Shown: positions 1 through 10,200 of the stretch, piece after piece | Layout of the letters: every line of letters begins with the position of its first letter | How positions within the stretch are numbered: the stretch's first letter is position 1 | Assembly: GCA_947575805.1 (NCBI GenBank) | Contig: CANPOY010000010.1 | Coordinates: 164 to 64,163, forward strand | Reading direction: 5' to 3' | Length of the DNA: 64,000 bases | Origin: an uncultured Lachnospiraceae bacterium | Lineage (GTDB): Bacteria > Bacillota > Clostridia > Lachnospirales > Lachnospiraceae | Made by a program: the position numbers and the translations under genes | The notes under the pieces: model-generated | The model's database searches: none | What the model was told of the DNA's origin: nothing | The model's input: the letters and a program-made list of their open reading frames with translations, nothing else

Positions 1-980
1 CCAAATATCATTTCTTGCGGATTTTTAAGGAAGCCTTTCATATGACGCCTGCAGAGTATGTCCGCAGAAGAAGGATTACGGAGAGTGTTCGGGATATTTC
101 GGATACCGACGAGCCAATTTCCTGGATCGGATATAGGCATGGGTTTAACTCCAAAGAAAATTTTACCAGAGTGTTTAAATCCGAGCATCATATTCTGCCC
201 TCCGAGTATCGAACGGCGGACAATAGTCTGAAGCTGCTTCACAGGGCAAAGCCGGACAAAGACGATTCCATTTTGGAATCCAAGATCTTGGCAGTGCCTG
301 AGATCGTGGAATTAAGGCCCTTCAGCGCCACGGTTTATAAAAGCGATGAAGAGGACCCCACAATGTTTTGGAATAAATATAATTGCGGTGGCTTATCCGG
401 GAAATTGTCCGGCGGCGAAGTTCAGACGGATTATGGATTTTCCGTGTGGAATTTCGAGGAAAACAGGCTGGAATATTATGCGGGAATTCTCACGGAATAT
501 GCGCATGGAGACCTGACGGGAACCATGCAGTTAAATGTGAATGGCGGCCTGTATGCAGTCTTTGACACTCCTTCGGCGGACAAGTATACCTTTGTGAATG
601 CCATACGCAGGGCATGGGAATATATTATGCAGGAATGGATTCCGCAGAGCGGATATGTATATCCCGGTGATTGTGATTTTGAAACCTACAGGGAAAGCAG
701 CAGGGAATATTCGGAACGAATCTTTATTCATAAGAATATTACGGCAAAGGAAGAAAAGGCTCTGCAGGAGCAGATCCTGGAGGAAAGAATTATCCGGTTT
801 ATCGGAGAAAAGCAACAGGAAAACGGCTGGATTGGCAGGGGCTTTCACGGAAGCAACAAAAATGCCGGTCAGTATGACAATCAGGAAACAGCCACGAAAT
901 ACATGGGCGAAAAGGCTCTGAAGGGAACCTTTCTCCTGGACAAGGCCATGAATGCTTATGTTACTAAAGTAGGACAGTAG
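1..980 (+). CDS. AraC-family regulator with GyrI-like effector domain, 5'-truncated by the window edge; carries an apparently unrelated C-terminal extension
   Basis: AraC HTH motif (IGYRHGFNSKENFTRVFK...PSEYR), then GyrI-like YAVF...AWEYIMQEWIPQSGY...FETY; about 80 extra residues follow YSERIFI. Confidence 0.75.
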   Translation, partial: KYHFLRIFKEAFHMTPAEYVRRRRITESVRDISDTDEPISWIGYRHGFNSKENFTRVFKSEHHILPSEYRTADNSLKLLHRAKPDKDDSILESKILAVPEIVELRPFSATVYKSDEEDPTMFWNKYNCGGLSGKLSGGEVQTDYGFSVWNFEENRLEYYAGILTEYAHGDLTGTMQLNVNGGLYAVFDTPSADKYTFVNAIRRAWEYIMQEWIPQSGYVYPGDCDFETYRESSREYSERIFIHKNITAKEEKALQEQILEERIIRFIGEKQQENGWIGRGFHGSNKNAGQYDNQETATKYMGEKALKGTFLLDKAMNAYVTKVGQ

Positions 981-1260
981 GGGCGGAATCTGGCAGACGG
1001 ATCCCTCCAGCCGATATCGGAATAGATTACCCTCATCCTGTACCGTCGAATCTTCTTCAATATTTCTTCCCACTTTTTTTATATCCGTCTGCGGCTGCCG
1101 CCTCGTACAGCAGCGCCGCGATACGATAAGCGCTCTCAAAGGCGGATGTTTCAGGTAAGATCTGGATGTCCGGACAGCGTTGTGCCGACTCCCAATTTGA
1201 TACGGCCTGATTGGTTACGCCAATGGAGGCTTTAAGATCCGTTTTTGGAAATAAAAATAG
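981..1260 (-). pseudogene. Fused remnants of an XRE HTH regulator and a GNAT-like C-terminus
   Basis: IGVTNQAVSNWESAQRCPDIQILP (XRE helix) joined to AYRIAALLYEAAAADGYKK; a frameshift in an A7 run (~1074-1080) continues as VGRNIEEDSTVQDEGNLFRYRL. Confidence 0.5.
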
Positions 1261-1405
1261 GATGAACAAATAAAAAATATTTGAAATCCGGTCATTATGA
1301 TATATAATCTACACATAAGAACCGAATGTCCGGAGGAAATCGCGTCTTTGGGGATACAAAACGTTAGTCGCACGGTTTCCCGATTATTAAGAAGGATCCC
1401 GATTT

Positions 1406-2077
1406 ATGACAAAAATTTTACTGGTGGAAGACGACAGGGGTATTGTGGCCAACCTTACGGAGTTTCTGACTGCGGAGGGTTTTCAAGTAAAAAGTGCTTC
1501 CGGGCAGGCGTCTGCGCTGAAGCTTTTAGAGAGTGAGCGGTTTGACCTGGTGCTGCTGGACATTTCCCTGTCTGACGGCAACGGCTTTGCCGTCTGTTCT
1601 GCGGTTAAGTCTCTCTATAATATTCCGGTGATCTTTCTCACCGCATCGGGGGATGAATACAGCACGGTCACCGGGTTTGAGCTGGGGGCGGATGACTATA
1701 TCCCCAAGCCCTTCAGGCCCAGGGAGTTAGTGACCAGGATCAGGAACATTCTCCGTCTTACGGGAGGCACAGGATCAAGTGTCCGTCTGGGTGAGGTAAC
1801 TGTGGATACCGTGAAGGGTACAGCCAGCAAAAACGGCAGAGATTTATATCTGTCAGCTCTGGAATACCGTCTGCTGCTTGTATTCTTAAATAACCGCGGG
1901 GCAGTGCTTACCCGGACACAGCTTTTAGAGGCGATTTGGGACGCGGCGGGAGAATTTGTAAATGATAACACTCTGACGGTATATATCAAGCGGCTCAGGG
2001 AAAAGATAGAGGACGATCCCCAGAATCCCACGATTATCATGACGGTCCGGGGGCTGGGCTATAAGGTTGATGGGTGA
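1406..2077 (+). CDS. OmpR-family response regulator
   Basis: ILLVEDD, LVLLDISL, GADDYIPKPF, winged-helix TVYIKRLREKIE...TVRGLGY. Confidence 0.95.
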   Translation: MTKILLVEDDRGIVANLTEFLTAEGFQVKSASGQASALKLLESERFDLVLLDISLSDGNGFAVCSAVKSLYNIPVIFLTASGDEYSTVTGFELGADDYIPKPFRPRELVTRIRNILRLTGGTGSSVRLGEVTVDTVKGTASKNGRDLYLSALEYRLLLVFLNNRGAVLTRTQLLEAIWDAAGEFVNDNTLTVYIKRLREKIEDDPQNPTIIMTVRGLGYKVDG

Positions 2078-3078
2078 TGAAGCTATTCAGAAATCTGGAA
2101 ATCAAGGAAACGGTATTGCTATATAGCTTATTGACAGTTGCTGCTTCCATAACCGCATTTACGTGGGAACAGCGCTTCGGCTTGCTGATGCTGGGGGTAT
2201 GCGTGGCGTTCTTTTCCGTATATCTGTTTGTTACCTGCAGAAGATACAGGCGCATTTCTCAGCTTGCTGCGGATATAGACCAGATCCTCCACGGGGATTG
2301 CCAGGTTTCTCTGGAAAAGTATGCCGAGGGCGAGCTTGCCATCTTACAGAGCGAAGTATATAAAATGACGGTTCGTCTGCGGGAGCAGCAGCATAGTCTG
2401 CAGGAGGATAAGGTTTATCTTGCGGATTCGCTGGCGGATATATCCCATCAGATTCGCACGCCTCTGACTTCCATAAACCTGCTGGTGTCCCTTCTTTCCG
2501 AACCGGATATAAGCGGGGAGCGGCGGCAGCAGTTATCCCGTGAGCTGTATGAACTGCTATCCCGGATCGAATGGCTTATCACTGCCCTGCTGAAAATGTC
2601 CCGGCTGGATGCGGGGACGGCAAAATTTAAATTGGAAAGCTTACCTCTTGAGGAACTGCTTCGAAGAGGGACGGCGCCTCTGTTGATTTCATTGGATTTG
2701 CGGGATCAGAGATTACAGGTATCTGCGGAAGGAAATTTTTTCGGGGATGCTTCCTGGACCTGTGAAGCGATTACGAATATTGTCAAGAACTGCATGGAGC
2801 ATACGCCGGAAGGCGGGAACATAGTGATAAAAGCATCGGAAAATGTCCTTTATTCCGAAATTCTTATTTCAGACAACGGCAGGGGCATTGCGGCGGAAGA
2901 TCTTCCTCATATCTTTGAACGCTTTTATAAGGGAAAGGATTCCGGCGAAAAGAGCTTTGGCATCGGTCTGGCGCTGGCGAGAAGGATTATTACGGCACAG
3001 AACGGTACGGTGAAGGCAGAAAACCAAATGTCCGGAGGCGTCAGATTTACCATTCGATTTTACAGGGGAACCGTTTGA
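2074..3078 (+). CDS. Sensor histidine kinase
   Basis: Two N-terminal TM segments, H-box ADISHQIRTPLTS, N/G boxes (NIVKNCMEH, DNGRGI, FERFY, GIGLAL); ATGA overlap with the regulator. Confidence 0.95.
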   Translation: MMKLFRNLEIKETVLLYSLLTVAASITAFTWEQRFGLLMLGVCVAFFSVYLFVTCRRYRRISQLAADIDQILHGDCQVSLEKYAEGELAILQSEVYKMTVRLREQQHSLQEDKVYLADSLADISHQIRTPLTSINLLVSLLSEPDISGERRQQLSRELYELLSRIEWLITALLKMSRLDAGTAKFKLESLPLEELLRRGTAPLLISLDLRDQRLQVSAEGNFFGDASWTCEAITNIVKNCMEHTPEGGNIVIKASENVLYSEILISDNGRGIAAEDLPHIFERFYKGKDSGEKSFGIGLALARRIITAQNGTVKAENQMSGGVRFTIRFYRGTV

Positions 3079-3095
3079 AGGCGGTTCCCTTTTTG
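3064..3095 (+). terminator. Intrinsic terminator overlapping the kinase stop codon
   Basis: agggGAACCG-tttgaag-GCGGTTCCct followed by a T run. Confidence 0.55.
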
Positions 3096-3158
3096 GTGAT
3101 TAATGGGGCGGTTACTGATGTACGGTATTTGGTAAAGTGACGTTTTTGTTATTTTAAA

Positions 3159-3190
3159 GTCACCGCCCTGTCACCTTGAGCATATAAAAT
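3159..3190 (+). promoter_or_regulatory. OmpR/PhoB-type direct repeats and -10 box upstream of the ABC operon
   Basis: GTCAC at 3159 and 3170 (11-bp period); TAAAAT at 3185-3190. Confidence 0.55.
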
Positions 3191-3258
3191 ACACTTTATA
3201 AATTCAGGAAATTGCCGGACTGGCAATTTAATCATGATAAAGACAGGAGTAATCGGAC

Positions 3259-3942
3259 ATGGAAATTTTGAGAGTGGAAAATCTTTACAGGACCTACGGC
3301 AAGGGTGAAAACCAGGTAAAAGCTTTGGATAATGTGTCTTTTTCCGTAAATAAGGGTGAGTTTCTTGCTATCATAGGCCCTTCCGGTTCGGGAAAATCCA
3401 CCCTGCTGCATATTCTGGGGGGAGTGGATAAGGCCACAAGCGGTAAGGTTTATATGGACGGCAGTGACGTTTACGCTCAGAACGACGAGCAGCTTGCCAT
3501 CTTCCGCCGCCGTCAGGTGGGACTGATTTATCAGTTTTATAATCTGATTCCGGTGCTTAACGTGGTGGAAAATATTACCCTTCCCGTACTGATGGATGGC
3601 AGGAAGGTCAATCAGGACAGACTGAGAGAGCTGATGACTACATTAAAGCTCGAGGGCCGTGAGAATCATTTGCCCAATCAGCTTTCGGGCGGTCAGCAGC
3701 AGAGGGTATCTATCGGCAGGGCATTAATGAACGCGCCTGCCGTGGTGCTTGCGGATGAGCCCACCGGAAACTTGGATTCCAAAAACAGTCAGGAAATTGT
3801 GGAGCTGCTGAAGGTATCCAATCAGAAGTATCATCAAACTCTGATAATCATTACTCACGATGAAAATATTGCCCTGCAGGCAGACCGCATTCTTGCCCTC
3901 GAGGATGGAAAAATTATACGGGATGAGGTGATTCGCAGATGA
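3259..3942 (+). CDS. ABC transporter ATP-binding subunit (LolD/SalX-like)
   Basis: GPSGSGKST, LSGGQQQRV, LADEPTGNLD, ITHD. Confidence 0.95.
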   Translation: MEILRVENLYRTYGKGENQVKALDNVSFSVNKGEFLAIIGPSGSGKSTLLHILGGVDKATSGKVYMDGSDVYAQNDEQLAIFRRRQVGLIYQFYNLIPVLNVVENITLPVLMDGRKVNQDRLRELMTTLKLEGRENHLPNQLSGGQQQRVSIGRALMNAPAVVLADEPTGNLDSKNSQEIVELLKVSNQKYHQTLIIITHDENIALQADRILALEDGKIIRDEVIRR

Positions 3943-6659
3943 ATATATTTTATAAAGTAACACTGCAGTCCTTAAAAAAGAACAAAACCAGAACCGCGGT
4001 TACCATCATTGGCATTATACTTTCGGCGGCTATGATCTGTGCCGTGACAACCTTTGTTTCCAGTATGCAGAACTATGCCCTGAGCTATGCGGTCTATTCA
4101 CAAGGAGACTGGCACGGCGCGGTGTTTGAGGCCCCGAAGAGCAATCTGGAGAGCATACGCGGTGCAAAGGAGGTTGCAGGATGTACTTACGGCCAGCGCC
4201 TGGGTTACGCAGAAATAGAAACCCGGAATGTGTTCAAGCCCTACCTGTATGTGCTGGGCGGCCAGAAAGAAAGTTTCTTTGAAATGATGCCGGTACACCT
4301 TATCTCCGGTGAACTGCCGAAAAACGCAAATGAAATTATTCTGCCGGTGCATCTTTCCACTGATGGGGGAGTGGACCTGGAGGTGGGAGATACCATTACC
4401 CTGGAGCTGGGGCGGCGAATGCTGGGCGGTCTGTCAATGGGACAGAATAATCCCTGTACCGTCTATGACAGGGAAACGAATAAGGAGATCAGAAATGATG
4501 AAATCCTTGAGCTAAGGGAGACAAGAACCTATACCGTGACGGGAATATACGGCCGGCCCTCTTTTGAAACCTGGTCTGCGCCCGGCTATACCGCACTTAC
4601 GGTTGCGGATGAAGAATTTTCGGACAGCACCTGCTTTGATGTCTATTTTAAGATGAAGAATCCTGCAAAGGTCTATGAATTTATGGAGGGTTCCGATCTG
4701 AGCGGAGAGTGGAACACAGAGGTTCTTATGTATTCGGGCGTATCCCGGTATGACAATTTTCTTAACGTGCTGACCAGCCTTGCGGTGATCGTAATCGGGC
4801 TGATCATGTTTGGCTCCGTATCTCTGATCTACAATGCTTTTTCCATTTCCGTTTCGGAAAGAACAAAGCAATTTGGCCTGTTGTCCTCCGTGGGGGCCAC
4901 AAAAAGGCAGCTGAAAAAGATGGTACTGTTTGAAGCTTGGGCAGTGAGCACAGTGGGAATTCCTTTGGGAGTCCTTGCCGGCATCGGCGGGATTGGCGTA
5001 ACACTGTTGTTTATCGGCAATAAATTTACCAGCATAATGGGAGAGTTCGATGCGCCTCTGCGGGTCTGCGTGTCCTGGCAATCTGTTGTCGTTGCCGTGA
5101 CGGTAGCCCTGGTAACGGTTTTGATTTCTGCCTGGATTCCTTCGAAACGGGCTACAAAGATTTCTGCAGTGGAGGCTATCCGCCAAAACGCGGATGTAAA
5201 GGGAAATCAGAAACCGATAAGAACTTCCTGGCTTAAGCTGAAGCTGTTTGGCCTTCCCGGTGTCCTTGCAGGCAAATATTATAAGAGAAGCAAGAGGAAA
5301 TACAGAGCAACGGTTTTAAGCTTATTTATGAGTATTGTGCTGTTCATTTCCGCATCTGCCTTTACGGATTATCTGATGGAATCCGTTATGGGAGGTTTTT
5401 CCGGTGACGGCTATGACCTTCGGTATTCAATTAGCGAGGAAGAAGTAATAGAAAAAGACAGGACGGAGGATGAAATTCTGGAGCTGTTGCTGTCGGATCA
5501 GCATGTAAGCGCCGGCACATATTTACGATATAAATATATTAATGGAACCATGGAAAACCAATATATTACGGAGGAATTCCTGAATTATTTTGCAGAGCCG
5601 GCTTCCCCGGAGGATGTGGAAGGAGGAAAAGCGTCCGAGACGCCTGTCAACGGATATGTGTATTTTGTAAGCGACAAGGAGTTTGAGCAGCTTCTCTCCC
5701 AATACGGTCTTCCCAGAGAAGACTATTTCAATGAGGAAGCGCCTTTGGGGATTGTCCAGGACGGAGCCACACGCTTTAATATAGATAAGGAAAAATATGA
5801 AACCGTGAATATAGTTAAATCCGATGTCAGCGAGTTTCACGGTAGGAAATTAAAAGATTTTTCGGAATACTACTATATGGAGGAGGGTCTGGACGAAAAC
5901 GGGAACCGGGTAATGCAGTTCTGGAATGACAATGATAAAAAGGATATGCAGGAGGTGCCCTATGAGGATGCCTTTATAAAGTACTTTTTAAGAACAGGCA
6001 AGACTATTAACCAGGTGCCGTTTTATATCGGGAAATCAACGGGCGCTGACTTGAATATCATTTATCCCTACAGTATGATGGACAACGTATTGCCGGAGGA
6101 AATGCGGTCTTCTAATACTTTTTTTTATCTGGCCACAGATGATCACAGAGCCAGCTTTGATAACCTTAAAAAGGTTCTTGATGAAAACGGCCTAAATTCC
6201 CTGAACCTGAATGACTATGCAGAGAGGGAGGAACTCAAGCGGAACCTTGTGACTATAATCCAGGTGTTTTCCTATGGGTTTATCGTGTTGATTTCCCTGG
6301 TGGCCGCGGCTAATGTGTTTAATACTATAACCACCAACATCAACCTGCGCCGCCGTGAGTTTGCAATGTTGAAATCCGTGGGAATGACGCAAAAGGGATT
6401 TCACAGGATGATGAATTATGAATGTCTGCTCTATGGAACCAGAGCGTTGCTCTTCGGGCTGCCTGTGTCCGCAGGTGTTACCTGGTTGATCTACCGGGCT
6501 GTAGCGGGAGGGTATGAAACGACCTGGCGTCTGCCCTGGGGAGCTGTTGGAATTGCGGTATTAAGTGTATTTCTGGTGGTATTTGCCACCATGATGTATG
6601 CCATGAGTAAGATCAGGAAAGACAATCCCATTGATGCCCTGAAAAACGAGAACCTGTAA
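3939..6659 (+). CDS. FtsX-like ABC permease (peptide export/resistance type)
   Basis: 906 aa; two FtsX-like blocks (SVSERTKQFGLLSSVGATKRQL and RRREFAMLKSVGMT), large extracellular loops, ends NPIDALKNE. Confidence 0.92.
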   Translation: MNIFYKVTLQSLKKNKTRTAVTIIGIILSAAMICAVTTFVSSMQNYALSYAVYSQGDWHGAVFEAPKSNLESIRGAKEVAGCTYGQRLGYAEIETRNVFKPYLYVLGGQKESFFEMMPVHLISGELPKNANEIILPVHLSTDGGVDLEVGDTITLELGRRMLGGLSMGQNNPCTVYDRETNKEIRNDEILELRETRTYTVTGIYGRPSFETWSAPGYTALTVADEEFSDSTCFDVYFKMKNPAKVYEFMEGSDLSGEWNTEVLMYSGVSRYDNFLNVLTSLAVIVIGLIMFGSVSLIYNAFSISVSERTKQFGLLSSVGATKRQLKKMVLFEAWAVSTVGIPLGVLAGIGGIGVTLLFIGNKFTSIMGEFDAPLRVCVSWQSVVVAVTVALVTVLISAWIPSKRATKISAVEAIRQNADVKGNQKPIRTSWLKLKLFGLPGVLAGKYYKRSKRKYRATVLSLFMSIVLFISASAFTDYLMESVMGGFSGDGYDLRYSISEEEVIEKDRTEDEILELLLSDQHVSAGTYLRYKYINGTMENQYITEEFLNYFAEPASPEDVEGGKASETPVNGYVYFVSDKEFEQLLSQYGLPREDYFNEEAPLGIVQDGATRFNIDKEKYETVNIVKSDVSEFHGRKLKDFSEYYYMEEGLDENGNRVMQFWNDNDKKDMQEVPYEDAFIKYFLRTGKTINQVPFYIGKSTGADLNIIYPYSMMDNVLPEEMRSSNTFFYLATDDHRASFDNLKKVLDENGLNSLNLNDYAEREELKRNLVTIIQVFSYGFIVLISLVAAANVFNTITTNINLRRREFAMLKSVGMTQKGFHRMMNYECLLYGTRALLFGLPVSAGVTWLIYRAVAGGYETTWRLPWGAVGIAVLSVFLVVFATMMYAMSKIRKDNPIDALKNENL

Positions 6660-6774
6660 ATAACATGGAAATTTGCTGAAAGCATGGGCCTGCTTTTTTA
6701 CCTTGACACAAGTATGACGCTATGTTATATTAGATAATGTCAACGTTTTGTTATACATTAAAAAGGAGGTTGCC

Positions 6775-7158
6775 ATGATTCAGCAAATTTCTGATGCCGA
6801 GTTTGAAATCATGAAAATTATATGGGGAAACGCAGATGAGGTGATCTTGTTTCCCCATATTATGGACGGACTGGCGGCCCGGGGTAAGCCGTGTCAAAAG
6901 AATACCCTGATTGTATTGCTGTCGCGGCTGATGAACAAGGGCTTTCTGGGCGCAAGGAAAATCGGACGCCGCAACGAATATACAGCCTTGGTTTCGGAAA
7001 CGGAATACCAGACAGCGCAGACAAAACATTTCCTGAATAAGATTTATGAGGGAAGCGCAAAAGGACTGGTTTCCAATCTGATTATGGGCGATCTGTTGGC
7101 AGATGAGGAATACGAGGAATTGAAAAGGCTGCTGGAGAAAGGGAAAGGGCAGCAATGA
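6775..7158 (+). CDS. BlaI/MecI/CopY-family repressor
   Basis: QISDAEFEIMKIIW...TLIVLLSRLMNKGFL...FLNKIYEGSAKGLVSNL; RBS aaggaggt before ATG 6775. Confidence 0.9.
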   Translation: MIQQISDAEFEIMKIIWGNADEVILFPHIMDGLAARGKPCQKNTLIVLLSRLMNKGFLGARKIGRRNEYTALVSETEYQTAQTKHFLNKIYEGSAKGLVSNLIMGDLLADEEYEELKRLLEKGKGQQ

Positions 7159-7890
7159 AAGCATTCATGAATGAACTGACGCACTATTAGCGGGGGATAT
7201 GCTATACAAATGGCGGGTACAGTTTACGGTCTGGGAAATTGCAAAAGCATGTGAATTTTCCTGTGATGAAGCTATTCTTACAAAAGAGGGATGCGAAAAT
7301 GCGCAGGACTACGGCAAAACCTTGCTCAACGCTATGGCGGCAGTTGGAAAGTACAGGGAAATTCTGGAGCATTTTGGGCGCGGCTTTCATTGGAGTTTAT
7401 CCTGTTGCTGCGGCAAGCGTGTCAAATCTGGCGAATGTGAAAAAAATACTGCCGTTGCAGTCTGATCCTTCGGCAGAAATGGAAACGTTGCATATTAAGG
7501 GGAAAACGTATTATTTAATTAGTGACAAAACCCAGCTCAGAGCAATCGGTACAGGCGAATATGGCATGGATCGGAATTATATGCAGCCTGCCGCTGTTTC
7601 AAATGGCATTCTTGAGTCTGGATGAAGAGGCGCAGACTGCGGAATATCAGGCGGCAGGTGTTACAGTGGATGGCAAGGACTATTATTACCAGAGCCAGCT
7701 GGTCAATATCTTTCTGGACATCCGCTCCAACAAGTCATATTACACGCTGAATATGAATCCCAAGGGAACCGTCAATATCAAGATCATTCGTAATGAAGAA
7801 AATGAAATCACAGGAGTCGCCTATATGACCGAGGCGGAAGTGACGGAGCTGCTGAGTGACATGGAGGATGCGGATGATGAGGAAATGTAA
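7155..7890 (+). pseudogene. BlaR1/M56 peptidase remnant with multiple deletions, an in-frame stop and frameshifts
   Basis: ATG overlaps the BlaI stop; MKAFM joins directly to NELTHY*RGDMLYKW (HExxH region), then WEIAKACEFSCDEA and YGKTLL; C-terminal pieces lie in different frames. Confidence 0.8.
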
Positions 7891-7923
7891 GCGCCCGCAA
7901 AGGGGTATACAGGGAGGACATAT

Positions 7924-8613
7924 ATGGAAACAGGCACGGTAACGGTACTTTTTCTAGAGGACGAGCCCACCATACGGGAAGTACTGGCGGAGTATATGAA
8001 GACGTCCGGATACCTGGTAACGGAAACTGTCAGGGGAGACGAGGCCATATCCCTTCTGCGGGAAAACACCTATCATATTGCGGTGCTGGACGTGATGGTG
8101 CCCGGGGTGGACGGATTTGAGGTGCTGCAATATATCCGGGATAGCTGCCCGGAAACCGCTACCATTATGCTGACTGCCCTGGATGACGAGAAGACCCAGA
8201 TCAAGGCCTTTAATTTATATGCGGATGATTATGTAATCAAGCCGGTGTCCCCTATTATTCTGTTAAAACGGATGGAGACTATTCTGCGGCGCACTTTGTA
8301 TATGGAGAGTAAACTTCAGGAGCCGAAGACGCCTCTCAAACTTCATCTTGAGGAGGATGCTTACAGTGTCTATTACGGGAGCGAGAGGCTGCCCCTGACT
8401 TTGAGCGAATATCTTCTTTTCCAGACCCTGTACCGTCACCCGGAGCGGGTGTATACCAGAGAACAGCTCATACTGCACATTTTTAATGAGGAATATATCG
8501 GCAATGACAGGATCATAGATGCCCATGTGAAGAACCTGAGGAAAAAGCTGCCGGTAAACTGTATCAAGACCGTGATCGGAGTAGGCTACCAATTTGACGG
8601 CGGTTGTTCATAA
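7924..8613 (+). CDS. OmpR-family response regulator
   Basis: FLEDE, AVLDVMVP, ADDYVIKP, IDAHVKNLRKKL, TVIGVGY. Confidence 0.93.
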   Translation: METGTVTVLFLEDEPTIREVLAEYMKTSGYLVTETVRGDEAISLLRENTYHIAVLDVMVPGVDGFEVLQYIRDSCPETATIMLTALDDEKTQIKAFNLYADDYVIKPVSPIILLKRMETILRRTLYMESKLQEPKTPLKLHLEEDAYSVYYGSERLPLTLSEYLLFQTLYRHPERVYTREQLILHIFNEEYIGNDRIIDAHVKNLRKKLPVNCIKTVIGVGYQFDGGCS

Positions 8614-8647
8614 GCTTATCAAGATAACAGAAAGGCAAGGTCTTTAT

Positions 8648-10105
8648 ATGAAGTATGAACGAAAGGGCCTGGATAAAAAGAACCGGCTGTACAGCATTAT
8701 ACTGGCGGTGGTGCTGCTGGCCGGCCTCGTAGGGTATTTCATCTGCATGCTGCCCTCGCTGTATGTAAGCTACCGCAAGGAGCAGAATCTGAGATCCGTG
8801 GCACGGCAGCATACTGCCTATGTGGAAAACGGGAATTACAACGGTATCAAGACGGCAAACCCGGCAGCTTGCTTTTCCATAAGGATTCCTCATGAGGGAG
8901 ATACTTTTCTTTTGGCAAGTCCATCCTGGAATCTGGAGGTGACGGCGGAAACGCCGCAGGCCAGAGAAGCCTTTTCCGGGCTGCGCCAGCTCCTGGAGCG
9001 ATATAAAAACGGAGATTTCCCGGAGGACTATACCCAGGAACAGTTTTATGAAGAAATGGAGGTCTGGGTTGCCGGATGGAGGGAGCACTGGGAGAAATTC
9101 TCGTCCGCTCTGCCGGTGGGGATTGATCTGGAGCTTACCAGCAATGTGAAGTATAACGGCGAGAGCAGCAGGGTACACCTGATGGCCGATGAAATACTGG
9201 TTCTGGAAGTGGGAGCCACCGACGGGGATAATATTTATACAAATTATATTGCCATGGAGGATACGGGAGACGCTTTTGTCTTTACCTGTCTGCCTGTGGT
9301 GACGCCGGATATGGGAGATATACGTCCCGTGGTGCTGCAGAGCATTCCTATGCTGGGGGCGGTGATCCTGCTGCTGGTACTGCTGTTTTCCCAAATGTAT
9401 TCCAGGGGCATCCTGACGCCTATATATCGTGAGCTGGAAGACAAGAATCAGGCGCTTCAGGAGGAAAATAAACGCCAGGAGATTTTCCTGCGGGCCTCTT
9501 CCCATCAGCTCAAGACTCCGCTCTCCGCGTCACTGCTCCTGCTGGACGGTATGATAAACCGGGTGGGGAGATATAAAGATACCTCCCTTTATCTTCCCAG
9601 GGTAAAAGATCAGCTGCTTTCCATGCGGAAAATGGTGGAGGATATTCTGTCCCTAAACCATTGTCGGGACAATATCGAGCTTCGGGACTTGCAGGTTATG
9701 TCATTGCTTGAGGGCAAGCTTTCGGAATATCGGGTGAAAACTTTGGATAAGGGGCTGCAGGTATTCTGTACGGGAGAGGGCGGAACCGTAAAGGCGGATG
9801 AATATCTGATACTGCAGATCCTGGACAATCTGATTTCAAACGCGGTGGAATACACGCCGAAGGGAAACAGGATCGAGGTACGGGCTTCCCGGACGGCTGT
9901 TTCCATTGAAAATTACGGGGTGACAGTCCCGGGGGAAATTCTGCCCCATGTTTTTGATCCTTTTGTCAGCGGAAATCATGAGCGGGAGATTGCAAGCCAT
10001 GGATTAGGCCTGTATATAACGGCGTATTATGCAAAGCAGATGGGGTTTTCCGTGCAGATTGAAAACAGGGAGGACAGTGTGCTGGCCACATTGTATTTTT
10101 CTTAA
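8648..10105 (+). CDS. Sensor histidine kinase
   Basis: Two TM segments, H-box ASSHQLKTPLS, DNLISNAVEY, FDPF, GLGLY; ATG 8648 preferred. Confidence 0.92.
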   Translation: MKYERKGLDKKNRLYSIILAVVLLAGLVGYFICMLPSLYVSYRKEQNLRSVARQHTAYVENGNYNGIKTANPAACFSIRIPHEGDTFLLASPSWNLEVTAETPQAREAFSGLRQLLERYKNGDFPEDYTQEQFYEEMEVWVAGWREHWEKFSSALPVGIDLELTSNVKYNGESSRVHLMADEILVLEVGATDGDNIYTNYIAMEDTGDAFVFTCLPVVTPDMGDIRPVVLQSIPMLGAVILLLVLLFSQMYSRGILTPIYRELEDKNQALQEENKRQEIFLRASSHQLKTPLSASLLLLDGMINRVGRYKDTSLYLPRVKDQLLSMRKMVEDILSLNHCRDNIELRDLQVMSLLEGKLSEYRVKTLDKGLQVFCTGEGGTVKADEYLILQILDNLISNAVEYTPKGNRIEVRASRTAVSIENYGVTVPGEILPHVFDPFVSGNHEREIASHGLGLYITAYYAKQMGFSVQIENREDSVLATLYFS

Positions 10106-10110
10106 GAATC

Positions 10111-10165
10111 TCCATAGAGCTTTCATGCTGTCTTCATTGGAAATTCATGTGATGCTGTTATTCTT
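10111..10165 (+). promoter_or_regulatory. Four tandem response-regulator boxes plus an extended -10
   Basis: TCCAT 10111 and TTCAT 10122, 10133, 10144 (exact 11-bp period), then TGtTATTCT. Confidence 0.65.
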
Positions 10166-10200
10166 AACAGGAATCGGATAGACGGAAGGAGGAAACAGCA

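Noticed and set aside
7188-7190. In-frame TAG in BlaR1 as pyrrolysine or readthrough
   Set aside because: The surrounding gene has several deletions and frameshifts, so decay is the simpler explanation.
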